Positions 46,229-56,285 of a stretch of DNA of 64,000 bases are shown piece after piece. The notes below the pieces were generated by a model. That model had not been told where the DNA came from and ran no database searches. It saw only the letters and a list, made by a program, of their open reading frames with translations. Source of the stretch: a virus; the IMG/VR virus record IMGVR_UViG_3300031519_004866. One strand, 5' to 3'. The translations under genes and the position numbers were made by a program. The first letter of the stretch is position 1. Each line of letters starts with the position of its first letter.

Positions 46229-47257
46229 ATGTCCGGCATCGGCGATAAAATTGATAAAAACGAATACAACAACCTAGTAGAAATCATGAATCTCTACATA
46301 GGGAATTCTACGAACACATCCTCTCATGTATATGCAAAAAGTGGATATGGCCAAGCTATTAATGCACTAGGTGTTAGTGAATCAGATAAAATTACTGTTG
46401 AACAATATGGTAGAGTTATTACAGACCTGTATAACTGGTATCGACATATTTACGGTTCAAATCCTCCATCTAACTACGGTGGCTGGCCAAATAACGTTGG
46501 CCTTGATAAAATCATTGATAGTAGCAACAGTACAAATGACGCTGGCCCTTCACGTCCGTTTAATAGATGGTCTCAGCTTCTAGTGCCACTACTAAACAAT
46601 AAAAACATTGTTCCACCAGCAGCAGTTGCAACTACTACTAACCATAGTAATGTTTCGTATGCAGGTACGTGGGCAGGTTCTGCAACATGTGTTGTTAGTG
46701 TGTCATGGCCTACTGCACAACAAGCAAGACACTTTTTTAACAGTGGCGGCCAAATACAATTTACATCAGCATTAACTGCAACTTCTGGGTCAGCTCAAGA
46801 TGCATCGTGGGCAAGTTTATTATCAGTAGCAGGCACACAGAGCTTTGGTGGCCAAACGCCGGCAACTGGCGGAACTCCCGCAGACGGATATAATTGGTTT
46901 AGATGCCAATCTACATATCAACAACCGTTTTATACTGCAACAGCATCTTCACCATACACAGCAAACTACTATAGAATATATGCAAGAACTCCAGGGGTTA
47001 CTAATTCACTCGGAACTGCTTCGAGTATAGAATTTACGTTATTCTTTAATGACGGACACGTTGGATTAGGTGGCCCTCCAGCTCAAGGATCAGTAGGTAG
47101 TAATACATACGGTCCAGACGTAGTTGGTCCTGCATCACTCCAAATTGCTACAACATCAAGAAAAGCCTCTGGATTTATTAGCTTATACCCGTCAGGCAGC
47201 ACAGGGTTTAACATTACAACCCCAACTGTAAGCGTCGGAGCAATCACAGTCAGTTAA
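46229..47257 (+). CDS. Virion structural protein (paralog B)
   Basis: RHFFNSGGQIQF...SWASLLSVAGTQSFGG. Upstream ATAAATA at 46206. Confidence 0.55.
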   Translation: MSGIGDKIDKNEYNNLVEIMNLYIGNSTNTSSHVYAKSGYGQAINALGVSESDKITVEQYGRVITDLYNWYRHIYGSNPPSNYGGWPNNVGLDKIIDSSNSTNDAGPSRPFNRWSQLLVPLLNNKNIVPPAAVATTTNHSNVSYAGTWAGSATCVVSVSWPTAQQARHFFNSGGQIQFTSALTATSGSAQDASWASLLSVAGTQSFGGQTPATGGTPADGYNWFRCQSTYQQPFYTATASSPYTANYYRIYARTPGVTNSLGTASSIEFTLFFNDGHVGLGGPPAQGSVGSNTYGPDVVGPASLQIATTSRKASGFISLYPSGSTGFNITTPTVSVGAITVS

Positions 47258-47280
47258 CTTAGTCCACAGCTATACAGCGC

Positions 47281-47287
47281 ATAAATA
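47281..47287 (+). promoter_or_regulatory. Late promoter heading the glycan-modification cluster
   Basis: ATAAATA followed by a GGAGG RBS and ATG 47318. Confidence 0.55.
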
Positions 47288-47317
47288 TTATAAGTGCTAC
47301 TATAACTCGGAGGCTAC

Positions 47318-47668
47318 ATGCAAGAACAACTAAAACAAGCATTAGATTTTTCAAAATACAGAGAAACTTTTGCAATTCAACGTAAAACCCTAAAAGAAAA
47401 AATTGATGCTAGATTAACCTATGGCATTAATGGCGGAATCTTTAAAATTAATAGAGAACTGATTAACTTTGTTCAAATGCTTATTGGAGCAGAACGGACT
47501 GAAGGCGTAGTTCTACTTGACGTTAACAACAATCCTATTCTAATTGATAATTTAGTAGAATTTAAAGATGAAATTTTAGATAGATACATGACATCAACTC
47601 TAGAATACTACGAAGAATATCAAAAACTTAAAAAAAGCAGGTCAGTTGAAAGTTTAATTGCGGATTAA
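47318..47668 (+). CDS. Hypothetical protein
   Basis: 116-aa ORF with a strong GGAGG RBS. Confidence 0.7.
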   Translation: MQEQLKQALDFSKYRETFAIQRKTLKEKIDARLTYGINGGIFKINRELINFVQMLIGAERTEGVVLLDVNNNPILIDNLVEFKDEILDRYMTSTLEYYEEYQKLKKSRSVESLIAD

Positions 47669-47669
47669 T

Positions 47670-48530
47670 ATGGATAACGGAATTGTAATATTTGCGCATA
47701 ATAATCGACAGATGGATTATGCTAAAATGGCAGTAGTAGCGGGTGGCCTTGCTAAAAAACATCTCGGCTATCCGGTATCATTAGTAACTGATGACTCTAC
47801 AGTTGACTATATGAAAACATCTGAGACTTATAAAAACGCTAACAACGTGTTTGACAGCATTATTTTAGTTGATCGTCCGCCCCAATTACAGCAAAGAACT
47901 TTTCATGATGGCAAAGAGTTTGAAGTAGCACCTTTTAATAACTCTAATAGGCCTAATGTTTGGGATATTACTCCTTATGAAAGAACACTTATGATTGATT
48001 GTGATTATTTAGTGTTCTCAGATACGTTAAACAACTATTGGGATGTTGATCAAGATATACTTATATCACACAAGTATAACGATATCATTGGACAAAGCAG
48101 AACAGGCTACCACGATACATACGTTTCGGATACTGGCGTTAAGTTATTATGGGCAACTACTGTAATGTTTACAAAAAACGATCAAACTAAAATATTTTTT
48201 AGACTAGTACAGTATATTAAAGACAATTACAAGTTTTTTGCAGACACATATAGGTTTGATTCTAGAATGTATAGGAATGATATCAGTTTTGCAATTGCTA
48301 ATCATATTTTAAATGGTTTCCAAGACCAAGAAGAATACACATTACCACCAGTATTCTCAACTGTAGACAAAGACATACTAGTTGATGTTAAGAATTCTAC
48401 TTTACAATTTTTAAGTTCACCTACATTAGGTGAAAACTACTTAGCAGTATCATCAAAAGGCAACGATATTCATATTATGAATAAGAAAAGTCTAGAACGT
48501 AATGTTGATAAACTAATGGAGTTGATATGA
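47670..48530 (+). CDS. GT-A fold (nucleotide-diphospho-sugar) glycosyltransferase-like
   Basis: TPYERTLMIDCDY DxD motif, WATTVMF, FRNDxxF-like YRNDISF. Confidence 0.65.
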   Translation: MDNGIVIFAHNNRQMDYAKMAVVAGGLAKKHLGYPVSLVTDDSTVDYMKTSETYKNANNVFDSIILVDRPPQLQQRTFHDGKEFEVAPFNNSNRPNVWDITPYERTLMIDCDYLVFSDTLNNYWDVDQDILISHKYNDIIGQSRTGYHDTYVSDTGVKLLWATTVMFTKNDQTKIFFRLVQYIKDNYKFFADTYRFDSRMYRNDISFAIANHILNGFQDQEEYTLPPVFSTVDKDILVDVKNSTLQFLSSPTLGENYLAVSSKGNDIHIMNKKSLERNVDKLMELI

Positions 48531-49366
48531 ACTTTGGATATTTAATTGTTGTTGCTACATCAGCAGAACATAACTATGCACAACTAGCATATGCACTTGC
48601 ATTAAGTATTAAAAATACGCAAAAGCCTGGCTATGACAAAGTTGCCTTAGTGATTGATGATAAAAGCCAAATTGAAAACTTTAATTCGCCTTGGGTATTT
48701 GATGAAATTATCGAGTGGGATAAAAAAGGACACTGGGACGGCCGATCATATATGGACGAATTAAGTCCTTGGGAACACACAGTGTGTTTAGATGCAGATA
48801 TGCTATTTTTTAGAGATTATAGCCATTGGATTGACTATTTTATTAAGAATTCTGAATTATATATTGCTAACACTGCGTATACTTACAGGGGAGAACTAGT
48901 AACTAGTGACATATATAGAAGAACATTTACTAAAAATTCTCTTCCAAACTTGTATTCTTTCTTTACATTCTTTAAAAAAGATAGTATACTAGCAGCAGAG
49001 TTCTTTATGCTGCAACGTTCAATAATGGATAATCCAAACGAATATATAAACATGTTTTTAAAAGAACATACTCCTAAAGTTATAGGAACAGACGAAGCGT
49101 TTTCTATTGCTGCAAAGATTTTAGATATTACAGACGAAATTGCGTACCCTATGCAGTTTCCAAGAGTAGTACATCTAAAAGGCGGAGTACAAAATTGGCC
49201 ATGGCCGGCAAACAAAGCAACAGATCATGTGGGATATTATTTAAATGACAAGGGTAAACTTAAAATAGGAAGTTATCAGCAAAACGATATTGTACATTAT
49301 GTTGAAAAAGACAAGGTTACATTAGAAACAATTAATGTATTAGAGGAGTTAGTATGGAAGAGTTAG
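48527..49366 (+). CDS. GT-A fold glycosyltransferase-like (paralog of the previous ORF)
   Basis: SPWEHTVCLDADMLFF DxD motif, GTDEAFSIA, VVHLK. Confidence 0.65.
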   Translation: MNFGYLIVVATSAEHNYAQLAYALALSIKNTQKPGYDKVALVIDDKSQIENFNSPWVFDEIIEWDKKGHWDGRSYMDELSPWEHTVCLDADMLFFRDYSHWIDYFIKNSELYIANTAYTYRGELVTSDIYRRTFTKNSLPNLYSFFTFFKKDSILAAEFFMLQRSIMDNPNEYINMFLKEHTPKVIGTDEAFSIAAKILDITDEIAYPMQFPRVVHLKGGVQNWPWPANKATDHVGYYLNDKGKLKIGSYQQNDIVHYVEKDKVTLETINVLEELVWKS

Positions 49367-49998
49367 AAGAATTTATGCCGGACTTTGACGAATGGCTTAA
49401 AAACTATGTAGAACCAGAAAGAAAATTTGGTGCAGCATTTGAACCTGATACAGGACAGTTAGTTTGTGTAGGACCGTTTGTAGCAGTACAATTAGAGTAC
49501 GAACACATTACAGAAATTGATGAAGATATTGCTGTTAAAATTATTGATGGCGAAATTAAAATTTCAAATTGTTTCTTTGACACTAACGAAGGAAAGTTTG
49601 AGATTACTGAAGAAAAAGTTCTTAATAAAATTGATGACGTATTACATAGAATTGTTGACAAGCGTTGGACAGACGATTGTAAACCCGATATCTATCTTAC
49701 ATATAATAAAGACGCAAAAACTCTTAAGGTAGAGCTTAGTGAAGAATTTAATGGAACTAAAGTACTAGATAATGAATGGCAGCCAGCTGGAAAACGTAAA
49801 ATGTTTTGGTCTGGAGAAACTATTTTATCTTTTACAGTCGCTGACTATAATGATCCTCATTTTCCACAACAAATGTTTGATGTTAAACTTGAAGACCTAA
49901 ATGAAAAATTTGTTGTAATTGACGATGTTGATATTACAGGAAAGTTTAGTATCTTTACTAGAAGATTATTTAAGAACTATGTGCTAGAGGAGATTTAA
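49354..49998 (+). CDS. Hypothetical acidic protein
   Basis: 214-aa ORF translationally coupled within the cluster. Confidence 0.65.
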   Translation: MEELEEFMPDFDEWLKNYVEPERKFGAAFEPDTGQLVCVGPFVAVQLEYEHITEIDEDIAVKIIDGEIKISNCFFDTNEGKFEITEEKVLNKIDDVLHRIVDKRWTDDCKPDIYLTYNKDAKTLKVELSEEFNGTKVLDNEWQPAGKRKMFWSGETILSFTVADYNDPHFPQQMFDVKLEDLNEKFVVIDDVDITGKFSIFTRRLFKNYVLEEI

Positions 49999-50904
49999 AT
50001 GCGAGTAGTCGAGTTTGACATATTCTTTTTAAGCTACGATGAACCGTTTGCTGATTTACACTATGCAGATTTATGTAATAAAGTTCCGTGGGCAAAGCGT
50101 GTACATGGTGTAAAAGGTAGCGATGCAGCACACAAAGCAGCAGCAAAACAAAGCGAAACTGATTGGTTTATAACTGTTGATGCTGATAATATTATATATC
50201 CTGAATTTTTAAATCTTGATCTTGATATGTCAAATGCAGAAATTCAAGTATATAGTTGGTGTGGAAAAAACACAATTAACGGATTAAGATACGGCAATGG
50301 TGGATTAAAACTTTGGAATACTGAGCATGTTTTAAATATGAAAACACATGAACATGCAGATAGCGAACGTGCCCAAGTAGATTTTTGTTGGGAGACCGGC
50401 TATCGTAATTTTCCAGTTACATACAGTGATACAAAGATTAATAGTAATCCCTATCATGCTTGGCGTGCAGGGTTTCGAGAAGGTGTCAAGATGACATTGT
50501 TTGATGGATTAAAAGTTCCTCCTATGGAAATTAAAGATAGGATATGGTGGCATAATATTCACAGACTTAGAATGTGGTCAACTGTAGGTTCGCATTGTGA
50601 AAACGGGTTAATGGCAATACTTGGTGCAAGACAAGGTACACATATGACTAACTGTACAGATTGGGATCATATTGAAGTTAGAGACTTTGAACTGTTAGGT
50701 GATATCTATAAAGAAAAAGCAGAATGCTATGCTCAAGATAATGAAGCCTGTATACAAGAAATAAAACGATTAGGTAATGAAATTAAAGTTAACTTAGGAC
50801 TCGATTGGGTTTGGCTAGAACCAGACACAAGTAAGTATATGCTTGAACTATATGACGAGTCATTAAATTTAGGACAAACGTACTACAGTAAAAAATATGT
50901 ATGA
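49999..50904 (+). CDS. Glycosyltransferase-like (GT-A)
   Basis: FFLSYDEP, KRVHGVKGSDAAH, ITVDADNII DxD motif, AWRAGFREGVK. Confidence 0.65.
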   Translation: MRVVEFDIFFLSYDEPFADLHYADLCNKVPWAKRVHGVKGSDAAHKAAAKQSETDWFITVDADNIIYPEFLNLDLDMSNAEIQVYSWCGKNTINGLRYGNGGLKLWNTEHVLNMKTHEHADSERAQVDFCWETGYRNFPVTYSDTKINSNPYHAWRAGFREGVKMTLFDGLKVPPMEIKDRIWWHNIHRLRMWSTVGSHCENGLMAILGARQGTHMTNCTDWDHIEVRDFELLGDIYKEKAECYAQDNEACIQEIKRLGNEIKVNLGLDWVWLEPDTSKYMLELYDESLNLGQTYYSKKYV

Positions 50905-52531
50905 TATCTTTTTTGTTAGTCTTGGAAAAATAAATGATAGTGCTTGGAGTAAATTCAAAGCACGATTTCCTAACGCACAAAAAATAGATAACTGTGATAG
51001 CTTTTCAGTAGTAAACAATAAGTCGTTAACAAAAAACTTTTGGGTAGTTTGGGATTATTTAGAAGTTGCAGATAGTTTTGATCTAACATACAGAGTTACT
51101 GAATGGGATAACCAATACATTCATATTTTTAAAAACGGTATGCATTATGACGGAATTTGTTTGTTTCCAAAAAATACAGACATCTCTCGCAACGAATGGA
51201 AATACAGATTTTTTACTAACAAAAAAGAAATAGATGTTGTTGCAAGTACACCCGTTGATTATAATATAGTAGCATGTAGTACGTATGAAGAATTATTAGA
51301 AGGCCAGAAAAATAGCACATCAGATTATATATGGGCAGTTCCGTCTGATGTAAATGTTTTAAATTTTCCTACGTATCAAGTACCAACATGGGAAAAAGAT
51401 ACTGTACATATTTTTAAAAACGCAACGACCTATGACGGTGTGTTTATTTGTCATAAAAATAATGTAGTATCAAAAAGAGAGTTTGAGCATAGGTTTTTTA
51501 TTAACAAAAAAGAAATAGATATTATTGTAAGTAATCCTACTCCGTTTGAAATGTATCAATTAGAGTCATATCAAGATTATGTAAATGCATTATCTTCTTG
51601 CAAACTTGATATGTTTTGGGGTGTGTACACTAATCTAAATGTTAATTTTAATTTTGATTATTACATTCCTAAATATGATAGCTATCATAGAAAACTTACA
51701 CACGTATTTCTAAATGGAATTCACTATGACGGTGTTGTACTATTTTCAAAAGAGCGTCCAGTTACAGAGCGTGAATTTAATTCTAGATTCTATACAAACA
51801 AAAAAGATGTAAATATTATTTCAAGTACTCCAGAGTTGTTTGACATTGTTTTTATTAGTTACCAAGAACCTAATGCAGAAAAAACGTTTGCACAACTGCA
51901 AGATCATATTAGATCAGTTAACCCTAAGCTAAAATTAAAACGTGTACATGGTGTAAAAGGAATTCATCAAGCACACATTGCAGCAGCAAGGTTATGTAGT
52001 ACAAATATGTTTTGGGTAGTAGATGGTGATTCTCAAATAGTATCTAATTTTAAATTTGATTACACAGTTCCGTATTGGGATCAAGATATGGTACATGTAT
52101 GGAGAAGTAAAAATCCTGTTAACGACTTAGAATATGGTTATGGCGGCACAAAGTTATTACCAACTCAAGCAGTACTAGATATAACTGATACAACTACAGA
52201 TATGACCACAAGCCTTTCTTCCAAGTTTAAACCAATGCCAGAAGTAAGTAACGTTAGTGTATTCAATACAGATCCTTATAGTACATGGAAAAGTGCATTT
52301 AGAGAATGTTGTAAATTAGCTAGTAGAGCCATTAACAGACAAGAACATTCTGAAACAGATGACCGCTTAGATGTTTGGACAACTGAAGGATACGAAAGAC
52401 CATTTGGTAAGTTTGCAGTAGAAGGAGCAATTGCAGGCCGAAAGTACGGAATTGAAAATAGTAATAAGCCAGACAATTTACGTAAAATAAATGATTTTAA
52501 TTGGCTACAGGAACAATTTGATGCAAGATAA
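50897..52531 (+). CDS. Multi-repeat glycosyltransferase-like protein
   Basis: Three degenerate repeats (HIFKN..YDG...RFFxNKKEID) plus a C-terminal domain paralogous to 49999 (FISYQEP, RVHGVKG, VVDGD, WKSAFREC). Confidence 0.6.
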   Translation: MYDIFFVSLGKINDSAWSKFKARFPNAQKIDNCDSFSVVNNKSLTKNFWVVWDYLEVADSFDLTYRVTEWDNQYIHIFKNGMHYDGICLFPKNTDISRNEWKYRFFTNKKEIDVVASTPVDYNIVACSTYEELLEGQKNSTSDYIWAVPSDVNVLNFPTYQVPTWEKDTVHIFKNATTYDGVFICHKNNVVSKREFEHRFFINKKEIDIIVSNPTPFEMYQLESYQDYVNALSSCKLDMFWGVYTNLNVNFNFDYYIPKYDSYHRKLTHVFLNGIHYDGVVLFSKERPVTEREFNSRFYTNKKDVNIISSTPELFDIVFISYQEPNAEKTFAQLQDHIRSVNPKLKLKRVHGVKGIHQAHIAAARLCSTNMFWVVDGDSQIVSNFKFDYTVPYWDQDMVHVWRSKNPVNDLEYGYGGTKLLPTQAVLDITDTTTDMTTSLSSKFKPMPEVSNVSVFNTDPYSTWKSAFRECCKLASRAINRQEHSETDDRLDVWTTEGYERPFGKFAVEGAIAGRKYGIENSNKPDNLRKINDFNWLQEQFDAR

Positions 52532-53888
52532 AGATAGAATAGAACAGTTTATACCTATTATGGACGCATTAAGTCCTACGTTTTGTATGGCTAAATGGCA
52601 CCACACAACTATATATTTAGGCACAGGTGAAACACACAGTTGTTATCATCCTGCTCCCCACAAGATCCCATTAGAAGAATTAAAAGATAATCCTAGTGCA
52701 TTACATAATACAAAACAAAAGAAATCCGAACGTCAAGCAATGATGAACGGTGAAAAGCCAAGTGGTTGTCAATACTGCTGGAATGTTGAATGTATGGGCA
52801 AAGACTATATTAGTGACCGTAAAGAACGTAATGCAAGTATCTATACACCAGAACGTTTTGATGCTATTAAAGAAGATCCTATGGCAAACGTTAATCCGCA
52901 ATATGTAGAAGTTAGTTTTGGTAATGAGTGTAATTTTAAATGCGGTTATTGCCATCCTAAGCATAGTAGTGCATATTATAAAGAGATTGAACAAAATGGT
53001 CCTTACAGCATGGTTAAGAATCATAGGAATGATATTGATTGGTTTGAAATACACAAAGACGAAGAAACCAATCCTTATGTAAAAGCATGGTGGGAATGGT
53101 GGCCTGAACTACGTAAGACATTAACTATTTTGCGTATTACTGGAGGCGAGCCTTTACTACAGCAAAGCACATGGCGTATGTTTGACGAGTTAGAAAAGAA
53201 CCCATGTCCTAATTTAGAACTTAATATTAACACTAACTTAGGTGTTAAGCCAATTCTTATTGAACGTTTTACTGATAAAGTAAACAGTCTAGTAAGCAAA
53301 GGCTGTATTAAAGACTTTAAAATATTTACAAGTATGGACACTTGGGGTAAACAAGCAGAGTATATTAGAACAGGACTAGACTTGGAGTTATGGGAAAAGA
53401 ACCTAGACACCTACATGACTAAGACTAATATGCCATTAACATTTATGATTACATTTAACATACTAACAGTAACTAATTTTAGCAAACTGTTAGAAAAGAT
53501 TCTAGAATGGCGTGTAAAGTATAACAGTGATGATCAAACTAAATGGCAGCGTATTAGATTCGACTCACCATATTTAAAAGAGCCGTTGCAGTACGACATG
53601 AATATTTTACCTAAAGACAAATTTATGCCTTACATGAAACAGCACTTACAGTATATTGTTGATCACCAAGATGATAAAGATAGACACAAGTTTAGTGAAT
53701 TAGAATATGAAAAATTTCGTCGTGTTGTTGACTATATGGAAAGTACACATTATACTGTTGAAAAATTGACAGAAGGCCGCAGAGATTTTTATCAATGGTT
53801 TACTGAATACGATCGTAGACGTAATGTAAACTTTGTAGAAACATTCCCGGAGTTAGAGGAGTTTTACTTTGACTGCGCCGGTGTCTAA
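52521..53888 (+). CDS. Radical SAM protein with an N-terminal SPASM/twitch-like Fe-S region
   Basis: CNFKCGYC, ITGGEPLL, N-terminal FCMAKW...HSCYH...GCQYCW. Confidence 0.85.
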   Translation: MQDKDRIEQFIPIMDALSPTFCMAKWHHTTIYLGTGETHSCYHPAPHKIPLEELKDNPSALHNTKQKKSERQAMMNGEKPSGCQYCWNVECMGKDYISDRKERNASIYTPERFDAIKEDPMANVNPQYVEVSFGNECNFKCGYCHPKHSSAYYKEIEQNGPYSMVKNHRNDIDWFEIHKDEETNPYVKAWWEWWPELRKTLTILRITGGEPLLQQSTWRMFDELEKNPCPNLELNINTNLGVKPILIERFTDKVNSLVSKGCIKDFKIFTSMDTWGKQAEYIRTGLDLELWEKNLDTYMTKTNMPLTFMITFNILTVTNFSKLLEKILEWRVKYNSDDQTKWQRIRFDSPYLKEPLQYDMNILPKDKFMPYMKQHLQYIVDHQDDKDRHKFSELEYEKFRRVVDYMESTHYTVEKLTEGRRDFYQWFTEYDRRRNVNFVETFPELEEFYFDCAGV

Positions 53889-55047
53889 AACATTTTGCAT
53901 ATTGCCTTGGGTACATGTGTATGCCAACCCTGATGGTAACGTGTTACCTTGCTGTGTAGGCGATTATCGATTGCCGATGGGCAATATTCAAAACTCTACA
54001 TTAGAACAAACGTTTAATAACGATAAGTTTAAGACTATGCGTAAGAACATGCTGCAAGGAAAAAGTTGCAAAGAGTGTTCGGCATGTTATCGTGACGAAG
54101 CTGACAACAATGATAGTTTTAGAAAATCATCAAATTTACAATTTAAAAAATATATTCCTAATGCACTAACCAACACAAATGATGACGGATCACTTGATGA
54201 TTATAAATTAAGGTATTTAGACATTAGATGGAGTAACATCTGTAATTACAAATGTCGTTCATGCAGCGGCACATATTCATCTAGTTGGGCAAAAGAAGAA
54301 GGTAAGAAAAATGTGTTTACCTTTGCAGGCGGAACTTCTAATGACAATCTATACAATCAGTTTTTGCCACACTTTGATACTATAGAAGAATTTTATTTTG
54401 CAGGTGGCGAACCGTTACTAACAGATAAACATTATGACATTTTAGAATATCTTATTAAGCATAACAGAACTGATGTAAAGCTACGTTACAACACTAATGT
54501 TTCTGTATTAAAGTATAAAAATAAAAATATATTAGATTTGTGGAAACAGTTTAGTAATGTTTATATTGGTGCAAGTTTAGATCATTACGGTAGTCGTGCT
54601 GAATATATTAGAAACGGTACTGATTGGAAAAATGTAGAAACTAATATGAGAAAGATACGTACTGAAACTCCGCATATTAGTTTACAAACTAACACAGTAG
54701 TATCGTTGTTTAATGTTTCTACACTACCAGAATTTATGCATTACCTTATTGATAACGAACTTGTTAATGATGATTATGATCCGCACTTTTATAATATTTT
54801 ACATCCTGACTTTTATAGCTTTGATGTATTACCAGAAGAATTTAAAAAACAAACTGTAGAAAAATTATTAGAGTTTAACAACGAACAGAAAAATGTAAAC
54901 TTGCAACCTGTAATTAACGGGTTAACATCTGCTACATACAAACCAAACCTTGTAAGTACGTTTTTACAAAAAACAGAACACTATGATATAATAAGAAATG
55001 AAAATTTTAATAAAACATTTCCAGAACTAGTAGGATTATTTCAATGA
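53869..55047 (+). CDS. Radical SAM protein with an N-terminal SPASM/twitch-like Fe-S region
   Basis: CNYKCRSC, FAGGEPLL, N-terminal FCILPW...PCC...CKECSACY. Confidence 0.85.
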   Translation: MTAPVSKTFCILPWVHVYANPDGNVLPCCVGDYRLPMGNIQNSTLEQTFNNDKFKTMRKNMLQGKSCKECSACYRDEADNNDSFRKSSNLQFKKYIPNALTNTNDDGSLDDYKLRYLDIRWSNICNYKCRSCSGTYSSSWAKEEGKKNVFTFAGGTSNDNLYNQFLPHFDTIEEFYFAGGEPLLTDKHYDILEYLIKHNRTDVKLRYNTNVSVLKYKNKNILDLWKQFSNVYIGASLDHYGSRAEYIRNGTDWKNVETNMRKIRTETPHISLQTNTVVSLFNVSTLPEFMHYLIDNELVNDDYDPHFYNILHPDFYSFDVLPEEFKKQTVEKLLEFNNEQKNVNLQPVINGLTSATYKPNLVSTFLQKTEHYDIIRNENFNKTFPELVGLFQ

Positions 55048-56285
55048 TGCATTTTTACTTTGATACTCTTGACGAAGAAACTTCAAATTTAGATTATCTA
55101 TCAACTACTCCTAAAACAGATTTTTACTTAACGTCTAACGGTACAGTTATTAAACAGACTTTGCGTAAAATGAAAAGACCTGTTTCAGAATTAGTTAATT
55201 GCGAACACACCCCTGGCATATATTATATTGACGTTAATGGTGATCCTTGTTGGTGGACTGGGTTGTCAAGTGTGCATAACGGCCCAACTGATATTTTTAC
55301 TAACTTACCTGAACATATAGTTGATTATGTTAAGAGAGGCAAACTTAGACTAGTAATAGGTGCTGATAAAGAAGGCGGTCCGTTTCAGCATAAAGCACTC
55401 GGTGACGGGTTTGCTGCAATTACTAAATCAGCAATCGCAAGGGGATTGCCGCCACTGTCAGTCTATATTATGCAAGGTAGTCAGCTAGTAGTACAGCACT
55501 ACGAAGAATGGTTAGAAACTAGTGGAAGTGTGAGAATGTTTGAAGTAGCATATTCTAATCACTTTTTAAAAATATTCTTAGACGGAAATTTACCTTATAA
55601 GCCTCTAATCCAAGCTGCTATGTATGTAGACAATGCTAAATCGTTTAACAGTCTTAATAGAGTGCATAGACCTCACAGAGCTGCACATGTAACAGACTTA
55701 GGAATTAAAGGCCTACTTGACGAAGGTATTGTAAGTTGCAACGAAGTAAAAGAAGGCGAGGATCTAAGAGCTGAAGAATTAATAGGCAAAGAAAACTACG
55801 CAAGACATCATGAGTTTACTCCTAGGTTTATAGACGGAGACTGGAGCACAAACAATGCAGCAAACTCGTATAACGCAACAGTATATTCTGATACACTGTT
55901 AACAGTAGTAACTGAAACAATTTATTTTGATAATAGCGTATTTTTAACTGAAAAATTATTCAAACCTATTACAATGGGACATCCGTTTATAGTTCTTGGA
56001 TCTAGAGGAACACTTGCAGGATTGCGATCTTTAGGGTTTAGAACAGATTTTAATTTGTTTAGTAAGCCCTATGATTTAATAGTTGACCCGATTGAGCGAT
56101 TTCGTACTGTACAACAAAATTTAATTGAATGGATTGGTCTTAGTAAACAAACAAAAGTAAACAGATTGCTAAAAGCATTTCCTGCTGTTCAACACAACTT
56201 TACCCATGCAAGAATGAAAGACTTTTATACAGATGCTATTGTAGCTTGTACTGATTCAGCGGAGAAATACTTTGAAAAACTTTAG
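55044..56285 (+). CDS. GT10/fucosyltransferase-like protein
   Basis: LNRVHRPHR and VVTET...FLTEKLFKPITMGHPFIV resemble the GT10 C-terminal motif. Confidence 0.5.
   Translation: MMHFYFDTLDEETSNLDYLSTTPKTDFYLTSNGTVIKQTLRKMKRPVSELVNCEHTPGIYYIDVNGDPCWWTGLSSVHNGPTDIFTNLPEHIVDYVKRGKLRLVIGADKEGGPFQHKALGDGFAAITKSAIARGLPPLSVYIMQGSQLVVQHYEEWLETSGSVRMFEVAYSNHFLKIFLDGNLPYKPLIQAAMYVDNAKSFNSLNRVHRPHRAAHVTDLGIKGLLDEGIVSCNEVKEGEDLRAEELIGKENYARHHEFTPRFIDGDWSTNNAANSYNATVYSDTLLTVVTETIYFDNSVFLTEKLFKPITMGHPFIVLGSRGTLAGLRSLGFRTDFNLFSKPYDLIVDPIERFRTVQQNLIEWIGLSKQTKVNRLLKAFPAVQHNFTHARMKDFYTDAIVACTDSAEKYFEKL

Noticed and set aside
36271-47257. Diversity-generating retroelement or invertible fibre cassette
   Set aside because: No reverse transcriptase, no template/variable repeat pair, no invertase or inverted recombination sites seen. 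The fibre paralogs are similar only at the protein level.
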